This document shows, in pieces, positions 32,365-43,119 of a stretch of 64,000 nucleotides of DNA (positions are counted from its first letter, which is position 1; every line of letters starts with the position of its first letter). The DNA lies in the IMG/VR virus record IMGVR_UViG_3300009370_002257, positions 1 to 64,000 of that record; one strand, 5' to 3'. The notes beneath the pieces are model-generated. The model saw only the letters and a list, made by a program, of their open reading frames with translations, did not search any database and was not told the origin of the DNA. Position numbers and translations under genes: made by a program. This DNA comes from a virus. Its lineage: Duplodnaviria; Caudoviricetes.

Positions 32365-33165
32365 ATGAATAAGGTTATTGCGATGACGGCCTGCAGAAGG
32401 CCTGAATATACTCAGAAAGTAGTGGATTCTTTATCCAACTGCACCAACTCTTCCGAATATAAATTCGTACCGTTTTGCGACGGCCCCCAGCAAGAAGTTA
32501 TTAACGTCTTGGAGTCTGTAGATTTTTGCGACGTAGAAGTTAACGTGAATGAAAAGCGGGTCGGGCACACCCTCAATACTCATAGAGCTTTAACTAGGGC
32601 CTTCGAGCTTTCTGATTACGTAATTCTCTTAGAAGATGATACGGTGCTATCTAAAGACTTTTTAGAATTTCACGAATTCTGTAAAGAAAAATTTAAAGAT
32701 GACAGTACAGTATACACGGTCTCGGCGGGGCACTATAACAATGTTGATAAAATCTATAGGGAAGAGGACAGGTCTATGTATAAAAGAAACCAGTGGTTCT
32801 CCAATCAAGGGTGGGGTACATGGATAGACCGCTGGGAAGAGGAGGGCGGGATAAAGCACACATGGGAAGAGCCAGAGACGGTTGATTTCAAGCAATATAC
32901 TACCAATTATAAGTACGGCGGCTGGGACGGGCTAATGAATAAACACACGCGGAAGGGGAGAGACGAAGTACTCTCCGTCGTTAGCAGGGTTAAAAACATA
33001 GGGGCTGAGAACGGTGTCCATTGGGGGTATAATAGATCAGTTTACAATTCATTCTCAGACTTCCACAAAGACAAAATCGAGGTGAAAGATTGGTGCGGCC
33101 TTTATAATCTAGAGGGGGTCGAGTACAGGGAGGAGACAAGATTGTTTTCGGATTATATAATGTGA
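32365..33165 (+). CDS. GT-A glycosyltransferase
   Basis: CRRPEYTQKVVDSL, ILLEDD, QGWGTW, RVKNIG. Confidence 0.8.
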   Translation: MNKVIAMTACRRPEYTQKVVDSLSNCTNSSEYKFVPFCDGPQQEVINVLESVDFCDVEVNVNEKRVGHTLNTHRALTRAFELSDYVILLEDDTVLSKDFLEFHEFCKEKFKDDSTVYTVSAGHYNNVDKIYREEDRSMYKRNQWFSNQGWGTWIDRWEEEGGIKHTWEEPETVDFKQYTTNYKYGGWDGLMNKHTRKGRDEVLSVVSRVKNIGAENGVHWGYNRSVYNSFSDFHKDKIEVKDWCGLYNLEGVEYREETRLFSDYIM

Positions 33166-33839
33166 TGAACATAGTACTCCCCACATACAACAGGCTAGAC
33201 TACCTAAAGAGGTCTCTTAGCTCGCTGTTGTCGACAGACATAAAAGAAGAAGACTACCTGTGGGTGTATGATGACGCTAGTTCTGAAAAGGGCGTTAAAG
33301 ATTTTCTCTTAGGGCATGAGGATACTAAATTCAAAATACATTTTAACGAAAGAAATCTGGGGTGCGACCACAATGTATATCAGTCTATCAGAAAGACCTT
33401 CGAGCGAACCAATGACCAGTTCCTCACCATTACTGACCCAGATGCCATATACCATCCAGAGTGGCTCTCCTTTATTAAAAGGAAATTGGTAGACCATAAC
33501 GACATCGGGCTCTTAAGCGTTTTTAACACCAAAAACCACCCAGAATGCGGGGTATGTGAAGACGCAGAACTTTGCGAAAAGAAGTCCGTAGGAGGTCTTG
33601 CGCTGGCTGTAAATAGAGATATCTTTGAAAAGGTAGACCCAAACGTCATACTCGATTGCCATAGTCATTTTTGCTGGGACTGGCAGTGTGTGACGCTTTG
33701 TAATAAAATGGGATACAAGATACTCTGCTCTAAAGATAGTTACGTAGACCACATAGGCTTCGTCGGGGTGCACTCCAGACGAGAGGGGCAAGGGGATCAA
33801 GCTCAAAATTTTTTAGGAGAGAACGAAAAAGATAAATGA
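33162..33839 (+). CDS. GT2 glycosyltransferase
   Basis: IVLPTYNRLDYL, YDDASS, TDPDA, VDHIG. Confidence 0.85.
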   Translation: MMNIVLPTYNRLDYLKRSLSSLLSTDIKEEDYLWVYDDASSEKGVKDFLLGHEDTKFKIHFNERNLGCDHNVYQSIRKTFERTNDQFLTITDPDAIYHPEWLSFIKRKLVDHNDIGLLSVFNTKNHPECGVCEDAELCEKKSVGGLALAVNRDIFEKVDPNVILDCHSHFCWDWQCVTLCNKMGYKILCSKDSYVDHIGFVGVHSRREGQGDQAQNFLGENEKDK

Positions 33840-34645
33840 AAATCTCCATAGCCATGACTTACTACAACAGGAAGGAGCAGCTTCTTAGAACTCTAAAAAG
33901 CATCTCCTTTTTTAAAGAGAGCCTGCACGAAATAGTTATTGTTGACGACGCCTCGGAGGAGGCTATGAAAATAGACTTCTTGGATCAGTTTGATTTCAAA
34001 ATAAGACTGATCGAAATAAAACCCCAAGAAAAAACATACGCCAACGCATGCATGCCCTTCAACAAGGCCCTTAGGGCATGCGAGGGTGACGCGATAATCA
34101 TACAGAACTCTGAATGTTATCATGGCGCAGATGTTCTAGCGTACGTAAAAGACCACTTAAAAGCAAATAAATATTTATCCTTCGCCTGCTACTCCCTAGG
34201 CACGATCGAAACACACAACCTCCCAGACTTCTCTCAGAAAAGTAAAGAAGAATTCTTGGAATTTAATCGAAGATTTCTTAGTAGCCTACCCCAAAGGACC
34301 TGTGACAGTTTTGGTGATGAAAACTCTTGGTACAATCACGCCCACCATAGGCCGTGCGATCTTCACTTTACCTCGGCAATCACAAGGGAGGACCTAGAAG
34401 ACTTGAATTACTTTGACGAAAGGTATGCTCCTTGCGTTGCGTTTGACGACAATGAATTCATAGCCAGAATAAGACGAAAAAATATGGACATAGAGCGGGT
34501 AAGCCCCAATCCACTCAATCCAAACCCAGTTCCATGGACTTTTCACCAAAAACACCACTCCACAAATTACTTCAGGGGGCACAGCTGCGAAGAGCTTTAC
34601 CTAAATACAACGCTAAAAGAGACGGGGTGGAGAGTAAATGAATAA
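33836..34645 (+). CDS. GT2 glycosyltransferase
   Basis: IAMTYYNRKEQL, IVDDAS, FDERY, FDDNEF. Confidence 0.85.
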   Translation: MKISIAMTYYNRKEQLLRTLKSISFFKESLHEIVIVDDASEEAMKIDFLDQFDFKIRLIEIKPQEKTYANACMPFNKALRACEGDAIIIQNSECYHGADVLAYVKDHLKANKYLSFACYSLGTIETHNLPDFSQKSKEEFLEFNRRFLSSLPQRTCDSFGDENSWYNHAHHRPCDLHFTSAITREDLEDLNYFDERYAPCVAFDDNEFIARIRRKNMDIERVSPNPLNPNPVPWTFHQKHHSTNYFRGHSCEELYLNTTLKETGWRVNE

Positions 34646-35720
34646 AACCATAGTGACAGTGACAGGCATTAGGCCGGACTTCATTAGAATGTCTAAAATT
34701 TTTAAAGCTTTAGATAAAAATTTTAATCACATATTGATCCATACCGGCCAACACTATGATGACCTTTTGTCTGGGGTTTTTTTTAAAAATTTAAAAATAA
34801 GAAAGCCAGATTATAACCTCAGCATAGGCAGTAAATCTGGAGAACATTTTCATCAGACGAGTAGGCTTTCTGTGAGATTAATTGAGTTATTAAGAGATAG
34901 AAAAATGAAGCCCGATATGATTTTATTTCTAGGGGACTCCAACTCAGTTGCCGTTGCCGTAGATCTTAAAAAAGAAGGGTACACTATTGGCCACATCGAA
35001 GCAGGCATGAGGTCAGGTGATAAAAGAATGCTAGAGGAAATCAACAGGACAGTTTGCGATCACTGCTCGGACTACCACTTCGTTTACCACTCCAATTATA
35101 AAGACAAGCTCACAAAAGAAAACCTTCCCGCGCAAAACATATATATCGTAGGCAATACAATAGTTGAGGTATGCAAAGACATCGAACTACCTAAAGATAA
35201 AAGTGAAGGCTCTATCCTCTTAGATATCCATAGACCAGAAAATTTTAAATACCCAGAGAGACTTAAAAATATTATTATTTATGCAAATTTATGCGCAAAG
35301 AAATACAGCTTACCAATAAAAATGTTAAACTTCAAAAGAACAATTGACAGCATCAAAGGGGGCGATATAGACCTAGGAAAAATAGAAACCGTAGACCTAA
35401 TGTCTTATAAAGACTTTGTATTAGAGCAATATAATTCCTTATTTATTATATCAGACTCGGGGACAGCACAAGAAGAGCCGGCGTTGCTTAAAACCCCAGT
35501 CATTGTTCCTAGAGACTATACAGAAAGGCCTGAATCAGTGGCGAATAGCTGCTCTTTTATGTTAGACGTAAACACAAAACCGTCAAAGTTTCAACCAAAC
35601 AACGCAAGCTGGGACAAGAGCCTTGCTTGGGTAAACTCTCGACCCTCTATGAGAAAAGCTTGGCTAGGAAACGGGAAAACCTCAGAAAGAATAGTAACCG
35701 CAATTAAAAAAATATTATGA
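34638..35720 (+). CDS. wecB: UDP-N-acetylglucosamine 2-epimerase
   Basis: GIRPDFIRM, HTGQHYD, HIEAGMRS, EEINR, HRPEN, SDSGTAQEE, RDYTERPE. Confidence 0.92.
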   Translation: MNKTIVTVTGIRPDFIRMSKIFKALDKNFNHILIHTGQHYDDLLSGVFFKNLKIRKPDYNLSIGSKSGEHFHQTSRLSVRLIELLRDRKMKPDMILFLGDSNSVAVAVDLKKEGYTIGHIEAGMRSGDKRMLEEINRTVCDHCSDYHFVYHSNYKDKLTKENLPAQNIYIVGNTIVEVCKDIELPKDKSEGSILLDIHRPENFKYPERLKNIIIYANLCAKKYSLPIKMLNFKRTIDSIKGGDIDLGKIETVDLMSYKDFVLEQYNSLFIISDSGTAQEEPALLKTPVIVPRDYTERPESVANSCSFMLDVNTKPSKFQPNNASWDKSLAWVNSRPSMRKAWLGNGKTSERIVTAIKKIL

Positions 35721-36508
35721 AGATAGTAGGATTTACTCAACTCAGGAACGAGATAAAGAAGGGAAACCTAGAGAACTGGTTTAAATGCATGCAGTCCGTA
35801 TGTGACTACATTTATATTTACGACCAAGACTCCACGGACGGAAGCAAAGAATATTACAAAAAATTTGACAACGTTCACGTAATAGAGTCTCCCATTAATG
35901 ATTTTGGTGCAGAAATTAGATGTAAGAAAAGACTTTTAGAGAAGCTCCTCGAAGATCACCCCGATACAGATTGGATATTCTGGATGGACGGGGACACCAT
36001 ACTAGAAAAAAAAGCGTTAGATAAAGAAAGGTGGGTGAAAATAATAAACGGCGCAGAAAAACAAGGGGCTGAAATAATTTCCCTCGGTCACTACAATCTT
36101 TGGAGAAGCGATACTCATTACAGAATAGATAACGGTTTCCATGGACTCCATAAGTGGGGTGTTTCAGCCATGTGGAAAAACTTAGGAAACCTTCATTTTG
36201 AGGATGAAGAAGGACTGCACAAAGACCAATTCCCCAAGCCCTTAAGCTTAGCCAACGTCGCAAGATCGCCGTATAGCCTGATCCATAGAGGGTTCGCGAC
36301 AGACCAGCAAATCATAGATAAATATATAAGATACAGGGATAGGGGGCAAACTGGGTGGGAACTATTCAGGCTCATAGATGAATCAACCCTGACCACGATC
36401 AATACTATTGGGGACGGGAAAATCATGGAAGATTTATTACCAGACTGGCTAGAACTGACTAACGCTGGAGACCCAAGCTCGAAAGAAAAAATAAAATTTT
36501 TAATTTAA
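35717..36508 (+). CDS. GT2-like glycosyltransferase
   Basis: QLRNE, IYDQDSTDGS, WIFWMDGD. Confidence 0.75.
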   Translation: MKIVGFTQLRNEIKKGNLENWFKCMQSVCDYIYIYDQDSTDGSKEYYKKFDNVHVIESPINDFGAEIRCKKRLLEKLLEDHPDTDWIFWMDGDTILEKKALDKERWVKIINGAEKQGAEIISLGHYNLWRSDTHYRIDNGFHGLHKWGVSAMWKNLGNLHFEDEEGLHKDQFPKPLSLANVARSPYSLIHRGFATDQQIIDKYIRYRDRGQTGWELFRLIDESTLTTINTIGDGKIMEDLLPDWLELTNAGDPSSKEKIKFLI

Positions 36509-36517
36509 AATCTCGGC

Positions 36518-37198
36518 ATGCAAACATTTGGGGAGATAAATAAGAAGAGGTGGGACAGAGACCACGAAAACTTAAACGGAGCAACCTATAGTAATGACGA
36601 GGAACTATACGAGGCCGTTCGAGAGCAGAACTCTTACGTAACAATTGGCTCCTTTGGAGAGCTAGATCCTTATCATAATTTCGGGACAGTCTTCGACAGC
36701 CATCTAATCACCAACAAAACCATACTAGATATCGGGGTCGGTCGTGGTAGACTTCTAGAACACTTCAAGGGGCTAGGGAATAGAACCATCGGTTGCGATG
36801 TTTCAGAAGTAGCAATAAATTTAGCAAGCGAAAACTGTGATGAAGTATACCTCTCCGAAAATCTATCTTCAATTGAACCTGTAGATCTTGCTGTCTGCCA
36901 CTTAGTCATGCAGCACAACCACGAGGCAGAAGTTTTCAGAATCCTAAACGAGGTTCAACTCAAGACTGATGGAATACTTACGTTTCAATTTGCGTCGTTG
37001 GTGCCCGAAGAGCCTCAACTTTCCCCTCTAACTATAGAGGGCATAAATAAATCAATGCTATATTTTTATTCTGCATCCAAGATGAAGTCTTTGGTAGAGG
37101 AAAGCAGTAAAGAGGTCAGCGAGGAAGCCGGTCCGTGGTGGTTTGGTGAACCTTTTAATTTTGAATGGCATATCCTTAGGGTAAAAAATGAAAATTAA
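36518..37198 (+). CDS. class I SAM-dependent methyltransferase
   Basis: ILDIGVGRGR, GCDVS, LVMQH. Confidence 0.85.
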   Translation: MQTFGEINKKRWDRDHENLNGATYSNDEELYEAVREQNSYVTIGSFGELDPYHNFGTVFDSHLITNKTILDIGVGRGRLLEHFKGLGNRTIGCDVSEVAINLASENCDEVYLSENLSSIEPVDLAVCHLVMQHNHEAEVFRILNEVQLKTDGILTFQFASLVPEEPQLSPLTIEGINKSMLYFYSASKMKSLVEESSKEVSEEAGPWWFGEPFNFEWHILRVKNEN

Positions 37199-38036
37199 TA
37201 TAGTAACAGTTAACTCTGGATGGATATTGCAAAAAATTTCCGAACGAATAGCAATCGCTAACCCAGACGTATTCCAAATTTCTTCCAGACCTATCAGTGA
37301 TGCAGACGCAAACTTCTACATAGACGTGCTTAATTGTTATAGAGGTAAGAGCCCAATTTTTGACATAGGATTCTTTACCCACCTGCATGAAGACTCCACC
37401 AACTCCATGCAAAACCATTGGCTATCTTTAGATCACATCGTACATATGTGTACAAGATATAAAAAAGCGTTTCAGCAATTTTACCCAGCTGAAAAAATGT
37501 CCGTACTGTATCCCGGCGAAGTGGGTGAACAGTTTCCCATCAAGAAGCCGTTAATTGGAGTCTTCCAGAGAGGGTTCCACGAAGGGAAGGGTTTCGATTT
37601 TATGAAATCGATGGCCCAATATGACATTCTGAAAAATTTTAAATTCCTATTCGTGGGGAGCGATTGGGAAGAGGTTTCAGACATTTTTAACAGCAATTCG
37701 ATAGAAACAAAGTGCCACGAGAATGAAGATTACTCGACATACCCAAGTTTATATGGCAAGGTAGACTACCTTTTGATACCATCTTTATGGGAGGGCGGAC
37801 CCATGTCTTTAATCGAGGCTTACGCCACAGGGACACCGATCATAAGCGCAGATGTCGGATGGATCAACTCAGACTTCGAAGCAGACTATTTATACGAAGC
37901 GGGGAACGGGCAGCAATTAAGTGAAACTCTTGAAAAAATTTATGAACCGATTTATAATAGAAGGCAAAGGGTTGCTTGGATAAACTATAAAACCTATGGA
38001 AATAAAATAATAGAAATTGTGAAAGGTTCAAAATGA
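37188..38036 (+). CDS. GT4-like glycosyltransferase
   Basis: EGKGFD, LIPSLWEGGPMSLIEAYATGTPIISADVG. Confidence 0.85.
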   Translation: MKINIVTVNSGWILQKISERIAIANPDVFQISSRPISDADANFYIDVLNCYRGKSPIFDIGFFTHLHEDSTNSMQNHWLSLDHIVHMCTRYKKAFQQFYPAEKMSVLYPGEVGEQFPIKKPLIGVFQRGFHEGKGFDFMKSMAQYDILKNFKFLFVGSDWEEVSDIFNSNSIETKCHENEDYSTYPSLYGKVDYLLIPSLWEGGPMSLIEAYATGTPIISADVGWINSDFEADYLYEAGNGQQLSETLEKIYEPIYNRRQRVAWINYKTYGNKIIEIVKGSK

Positions 38037-38491
38037 ATTTACATCTAGGATGTGGAAATAATTATAAAGAGGGTTGGGTAAACGTAGACATGGGTGATTG
38101 CCGCGTGGACGTAGAACATAACCTAGAGGTGCTTCCTTGGCCATTCGAGAATAATAGCGCAGAGTATGTATTAATGAATCACGTGCTCGAACATATAGAT
38201 AAAAATAAATTTATAGATTTTGTTAGAGAGCTTTATAGGGTTTGTTCTAACGGCTCGAAGATAGAAATTACTTCGCCCTATGCTGGGTCAGACAATTTCT
38301 GGACAGACCCAACCCATAAAATGCCACTCACCACCAGAACCTTCGACTACTTCGACAGGGATAAGCCTCTAGGAGAGAACGGAAAAATTTATGGATGGCA
38401 CGATATAAACTTCTCCGTTGTTCAAGCTGCCCCAATAGACAATCCGCCTAACGGACCAGACGTACGATACCTACTGAAAGCTATTAAATAA
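38033..38491 (+). CDS. methyltransferase-domain protein
   Basis: LHLGCG, WVNVD, HVLEH, ELYRV, DPTH. Confidence 0.8.
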   Translation: MNLHLGCGNNYKEGWVNVDMGDCRVDVEHNLEVLPWPFENNSAEYVLMNHVLEHIDKNKFIDFVRELYRVCSNGSKIEITSPYAGSDNFWTDPTHKMPLTTRTFDYFDRDKPLGENGKIYGWHDINFSVVQAAPIDNPPNGPDVRYLLKAIK

Positions 38492-39291
38492 TGTTTACAT
38501 ATTATACAATAATTGGCAAAGACTTATCCCTTCTCAAGGGGCATGTCGAAAATATAAAAGAGTACGCAGCTTTTGATCGACTCCCGTGCGAGAAAGAATT
38601 TTTAGTTATTGTATATAAAAATAAAAAAATTCCAGAACAGACAACTTCTGAAATCCTAGATTACTGCGACTCTCAGAACTTAAGAACCCATATCTATGAA
38701 GAGCCTACGGATTCTTTCCTTCATAATTTATACGCTTGTTGGAACTTGGGTTATAGCGAAGCCAAAGACGGCTGGGTATTCAGGGGGGGATCAGATCAAG
38801 TTTTCTCCAGAGATAGCTTTTTACATTTATATGAACAAGCCGGCAAGATTGACGAGAAAACAATCCTGCAAGCTAATACAATAGAAAACGCCCACAAACT
38901 TACACAACTCGGGGTGTCAAATAGCAGGCATTTTACGGAAGAATTCGGAAACGATTTTGAGACCTTTAGTTATGAAAAATTCGAGCGTTTTTGTGACCAA
39001 ATAAATAAAGATGTAAATGAAAAATTACTAGACATCAAGGCTTCCTTGAATTACTGGGGTCACCCTACAGAGTTTCGCTCCTCCCTAGGGGTTATAGATA
39101 GGACCGACGGTTGCTCTTGGTTGATGTCTAAAAAGCATTTTGAATCTTATGGTCCCATGCCCCCGATAGAAAGAGGGGTGACCGGCGATGTAATAATTCA
39201 TGACAGATTTCAATCGGTCGGGTTTAAAAATTTTATAGCACGAGATTGTATAACTTACCACTTCGTGCAGGGAGAAAGCTCACAAGCATGA
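38491..39291 (+). CDS. glycosyltransferase-like hypothetical protein
   Basis: YACWNLGY, GGSDQVFS, GDVIIH..F, TYHF..GE; sits in the glycosylation island. Confidence 0.55.
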   Translation: MFTYYTIIGKDLSLLKGHVENIKEYAAFDRLPCEKEFLVIVYKNKKIPEQTTSEILDYCDSQNLRTHIYEEPTDSFLHNLYACWNLGYSEAKDGWVFRGGSDQVFSRDSFLHLYEQAGKIDEKTILQANTIENAHKLTQLGVSNSRHFTEEFGNDFETFSYEKFERFCDQINKDVNEKLLDIKASLNYWGHPTEFRSSLGVIDRTDGCSWLMSKKHFESYGPMPPIERGVTGDVIIHDRFQSVGFKNFIARDCITYHFVQGESSQA

Positions 39292-40079
39292 AGATAGGTA
39301 TTATAGGGTTAGGGGTAGTTGGCTCTGCCTGTGAATATGGTTTCAAAAAATTAGGGCACGAGGTATTGCCTCATGACTTAAGACTAGAAACATCCATTGA
39401 TGACGTGCTGCCTTCGTCTATTTGTTATATTTGTGTCCCCACCCCACAGAAAGAAGACGGGTCTTGTGATGTGTCTATAGTTGAAGGAGTCGTGGGCGAG
39501 CTTAAAGATAAAAAATACAAAGGCATCGTAGCAATAAAATCTACAGTAAAGCCGGGATCGACAGACAGGTTCGCGGGAGACACGGGGCTAAACCTCTGCT
39601 TCGTCCCTGAGTTTTTAAGGGAGAGGTCTGCCTCTAGCGACTTTGTAGAGAATCATGACTTATTAGCTATAGGCACACACAGTCAAGACAATTTTGATTT
39701 AATAAAAGAATCTCACGGAAATTACCCACAAAATATTGTGATGCTAAAACCCGTAGAGGCAGAGATATTAAAATATTACTCTAACGTTTTCAATGCTCTT
39801 AGGATTATTTTTGCTAATGAATTTTATGAAGTTTGCGAGGCTCTGGGGGCGGATTACACCAAAATGAAAGACGCTTTCATTCTCAGGAAGACTACAACGG
39901 ATATGTATTTAGATGTTAATAATAATTTCAGGGGGTACGGTGGGGTCTGCCTTCCCAAAGATACCGCAGCCATGGCGGCTCTAGTTAAAGAGTTAGGATT
40001 AAACATGGATTTATTTAAAGCCATAGAAGAGGAAAACAAAAAGTTTAAAACAACCGTGTTCGAAGGAATGAGAGAATAA
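39288..40079 (+). CDS. UDP-glucose/GDP-mannose dehydrogenase family (short form)
   Basis: GLGVVG, ICVPTP, IKSTVKPG, PEFLRE, AEILKY, GYGGVCLPKD. Confidence 0.88.
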   Translation: MKIGIIGLGVVGSACEYGFKKLGHEVLPHDLRLETSIDDVLPSSICYICVPTPQKEDGSCDVSIVEGVVGELKDKKYKGIVAIKSTVKPGSTDRFAGDTGLNLCFVPEFLRERSASSDFVENHDLLAIGTHSQDNFDLIKESHGNYPQNIVMLKPVEAEILKYYSNVFNALRIIFANEFYEVCEALGADYTKMKDAFILRKTTTDMYLDVNNNFRGYGGVCLPKDTAAMAALVKELGLNMDLFKAIEEENKKFKTTVFEGMRE

Positions 40080-40080
40080 T

Positions 40081-40731
40081 ATGAAATGCATAATCGAAGT
40101 TGGCCTCAGTATTGGTGATGATTTCAGCCTTTACGTCACAGACCCTAGCGCGGACTATGTTTTTGGTTTCGAGCCGGTGCCCCATCTCGCAAAACATGTA
40201 CGCAATAGGTGTGCGTCAGTTCCAACCACAACCCCCTACGAAGTTATACAAAAAGCTGTAGACATAGACGATAACCCGAAAACATTTTACCCTGCAACCA
40301 CAGACTACCTTGATATGGAAGGGGTCGCGGGGAGAGGGTGGATGAACGGGGCGGGCTCTTTGCTAAAAATGGAAGACCATCTATCCCAAACTTGGCCGAA
40401 CCGACCCGATCTTAAACAGATAGATTCTGACGCGATAGAGGTGGAGTGCACTAGACTAGACACCTTCATCAAGGAGAGGGGCGTTGATGAAATTCAAATG
40501 CTAGAGATAGACGCTCAGGGTAAAGATTTAGATGTTCTTAAAAGCTTGGGCGACTATATTTCTATAGTCAAAAACGGCAAGATCGAGGTGCCAGAAACCC
40601 CCGAGGTTGCACTATATAAAGACAACCACAATAAAGAAGAAACCCTACACTTTTTATTGGATCACGGTTTTTCCGTAGAGCAGGAGAACGTTAATCTTCA
40701 GAATGAAGAAAATTTTATATTTTATAAATAA
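40081..40731 (+). CDS. FkbM-family methyltransferase
   Basis: IEVG, GFEPVP, VECTRLDTF, LEIDAQGKDLDVLKS. Confidence 0.8.
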   Translation: MKCIIEVGLSIGDDFSLYVTDPSADYVFGFEPVPHLAKHVRNRCASVPTTTPYEVIQKAVDIDDNPKTFYPATTDYLDMEGVAGRGWMNGAGSLLKMEDHLSQTWPNRPDLKQIDSDAIEVECTRLDTFIKERGVDEIQMLEIDAQGKDLDVLKSLGDYISIVKNGKIEVPETPEVALYKDNHNKEETLHFLLDHGFSVEQENVNLQNEENFIFYK

Positions 40732-40736
40732 AGTTC

Positions 40737-41756
40737 ATGAAAGTATTAGTAACAGGATCACAAGGATTTATTGGCAGCTATTTATGCAGCGAGCTACTAA
40801 GCTCGGGATATGAGGTTGTTGGGGTAGATAACTACTCTAAGTATGGGGCTCTCGTTCGGCCTCACGACGCTTCCCCGAACTTTACCCTAATAAAGACAGA
40901 GAATGATATACTTCGGTGGGACCCCAAAAACAGGCAACCGCACCCAGACATAAAGGACGTAGACTTTATAGTGGCAGGGGCCGCTATGATTGGTGGTATT
41001 AGTTATTTTCACAAATATGCCTACGATCTACTAGCAACGAACGAGAGAATTCTAGCGAATACCTTTGATTTAGCCATCAGGCTGAGGCAGGAGTACGACC
41101 TTAAAAGAATTATTGTTTTGTCTAGTAGTATGGTTTTCGAGAATACAGACACTTACCCAACCCCAGAATCAGACATATACAAATCCCCTCCCCCATCCTC
41201 AACATATGGCTTCCAGAAACTAGCTTCGGAATTTTTTGCTAAAGGCGCTTGGGAACAATATAGGCTACCCTACTCTATAGTTAGGCCGTTCAACTGCGTT
41301 GGCGTGGGCGAGGAGAAGGCTCTCGGAGAACACGAAGTAACAAGCGGCAACATTAAGTTAATGATGTCGCACGTCTTACCGGATTTAATAAATAAAGTAT
41401 TAATGGGGCAAGACCCACTCCACATACTAGGAGAAGGAAACCAAGTGAGGTGTTATACGAATGGCAAAGACATAGCGAGAGGAATTAAAACAGTTATGGA
41501 AAGCGACAGGGCTATTAATCAAGATTTTAACATCTCAACGGCAGAAGGGACAACAGTCCTTGAGCTAGCTAAAATTGTTTGGGAAAAAATTAATGGGCCT
41601 CGCCCATTCCGATATGAAAGTGATGAGCCATTCTCCTACGACGTACAAAGGAGAATCCCTGACGTAACAAAGGCTAAAGAATTACTAGGTTTTGAGGCGG
41701 AAGTTTCTTTGGAAGAGTCAGTTAGCGAGGTGATAGAGTATATGAAGAATGATTAA
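40737..41756 (+). CDS. NAD-dependent epimerase/dehydratase (extended SDR)
   Basis: VTGSQGFIG, LSSSMVF, YGFQK (YxxxK), RPFNCVG. Confidence 0.9.
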   Translation: MKVLVTGSQGFIGSYLCSELLSSGYEVVGVDNYSKYGALVRPHDASPNFTLIKTENDILRWDPKNRQPHPDIKDVDFIVAGAAMIGGISYFHKYAYDLLATNERILANTFDLAIRLRQEYDLKRIIVLSSSMVFENTDTYPTPESDIYKSPPPSSTYGFQKLASEFFAKGAWEQYRLPYSIVRPFNCVGVGEEKALGEHEVTSGNIKLMMSHVLPDLINKVLMGQDPLHILGEGNQVRCYTNGKDIARGIKTVMESDRAINQDFNISTAEGTTVLELAKIVWEKINGPRPFRYESDEPFSYDVQRRIPDVTKAKELLGFEAEVSLEESVSEVIEYMKND

Positions 41757-43119
41757 ATTAATTATATTTGATCTAGACGGAGTCCTCGTGGACGCAAGAG
41801 AGCTTCACTACGAAGCTCTTAATGATGCGCTAGCGGAGGTCGGGGAAGAGTACGTGATCAACAGGGACGAACACCTTTCTACTTACGATGGTCTAGCTAC
41901 GTCTAAAAAACTCAAAATGCTAACAGAAAAGAAGGGCCTCCCAGAAAAAGACCACCACTTAATCTGGAAACTCAAACAAGAAATGACCTCTAAGGTTATC
42001 GATAGGTTCTCAATTGACGGAAGATTACAGAATATTCTTAAAAGGCTAAAGGCAGAGGGCTATACGATAGCGTGCGCCACGAATTCTATTAGGGAAACAG
42101 CGAAGCTCCAACTGATTAGGCGTGGGTTTTTTGAATTCATAGATTATTTATATTCGCAAACAGACGTAAACAATATAAAACCAAACACCGAGGTTTACCT
42201 AAGATGTATGCTTAAAGCGGGGTGCGATCCAGTCCAAACTGTCATTGTAGAGGATTCCCACATAGGCAGAAAAGCCGCATTAAATTCTGGCGCACATCTA
42301 TGCCCTGTGATAAATTCCTTAGATCTTACTTACGAAAAAGTAAAAGACACCATAGGCAAGGCAGAACAAAAAAGCAAAATTAAACCCAAGTGGCAAGGCG
42401 GAAAAATGAAAGTACTAATACCAATGGCGGGTGCGGGCAGCAGGTTTGAACAGGCCGGCTATACATTTCCCAAACCCCTAATAGATGTTAACGGAAAACC
42501 GATGATCCAAGTCGTCGTTGAAAACATAAACGTAGACGCAGAGCATATATTTATCGTTCAAAAATCGCACTACGAAAAATTTAATCTCGAAGAAACCTTA
42601 AACCAAATCTCCCCGGGCTGTAAAATAGTACAGGTAGACGGAATGACCGAGGGCGCGGCGTGCACGACCCTGCTGGCTAGAGAATACATTAATAACGAAG
42701 AGCCGCTCCTGATGGCTAACTCGGACCAGTTCGTAGAGTGGGATAGTAACGAATTCATGTACTCAATGATGGCGGATGAAATTGACGGGGGGATTTTGTC
42801 CTTTGAATCAACCCATCCCAAATGGAGTTACGCCAAACTAGCGGGGGACGGGTTCGTTACGGAGGTCGCAGAGAAAAAGCCTATAAGCAACGTAGCAACT
42901 GTTGGGATTTATTTTTGGAGCAAGGGCTCAGACTACGTAAAATATGCCGAGCAAATGATAGAAAAAAACATCAGAGTAAATAATGAGTTTTATGTTTGTC
43001 CAGTTTTCAACGAAGCTATCGAAGACAATAAAAAAATAAAGACCTTTCACATAGATAAAATGTGGGGCCTTGGTACCCCTGAAGACTTGCAAAGATTTTT
43101 TAGCCATCATGACGACTGA
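41749..43119 (+). CDS. HAD phosphatase fused to a GT-A nucleotidyltransferase
   Basis: N-terminal FDLDGVL, KP, VEDS; C-terminal IPMAGAGSRF..AGY..PKPLI, ANSDQ, EKKPIS, WGLGTPEDL. Confidence 0.88.
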   Translation: MIKLIIFDLDGVLVDARELHYEALNDALAEVGEEYVINRDEHLSTYDGLATSKKLKMLTEKKGLPEKDHHLIWKLKQEMTSKVIDRFSIDGRLQNILKRLKAEGYTIACATNSIRETAKLQLIRRGFFEFIDYLYSQTDVNNIKPNTEVYLRCMLKAGCDPVQTVIVEDSHIGRKAALNSGAHLCPVINSLDLTYEKVKDTIGKAEQKSKIKPKWQGGKMKVLIPMAGAGSRFEQAGYTFPKPLIDVNGKPMIQVVVENINVDAEHIFIVQKSHYEKFNLEETLNQISPGCKIVQVDGMTEGAACTTLLAREYINNEEPLLMANSDQFVEWDSNEFMYSMMADEIDGGILSFESTHPKWSYAKLAGDGFVTEVAEKKPISNVATVGIYFWSKGSDYVKYAEQMIEKNIRVNNEFYVCPVFNEAIEDNKKIKTFHIDKMWGLGTPEDLQRFFSHHDD

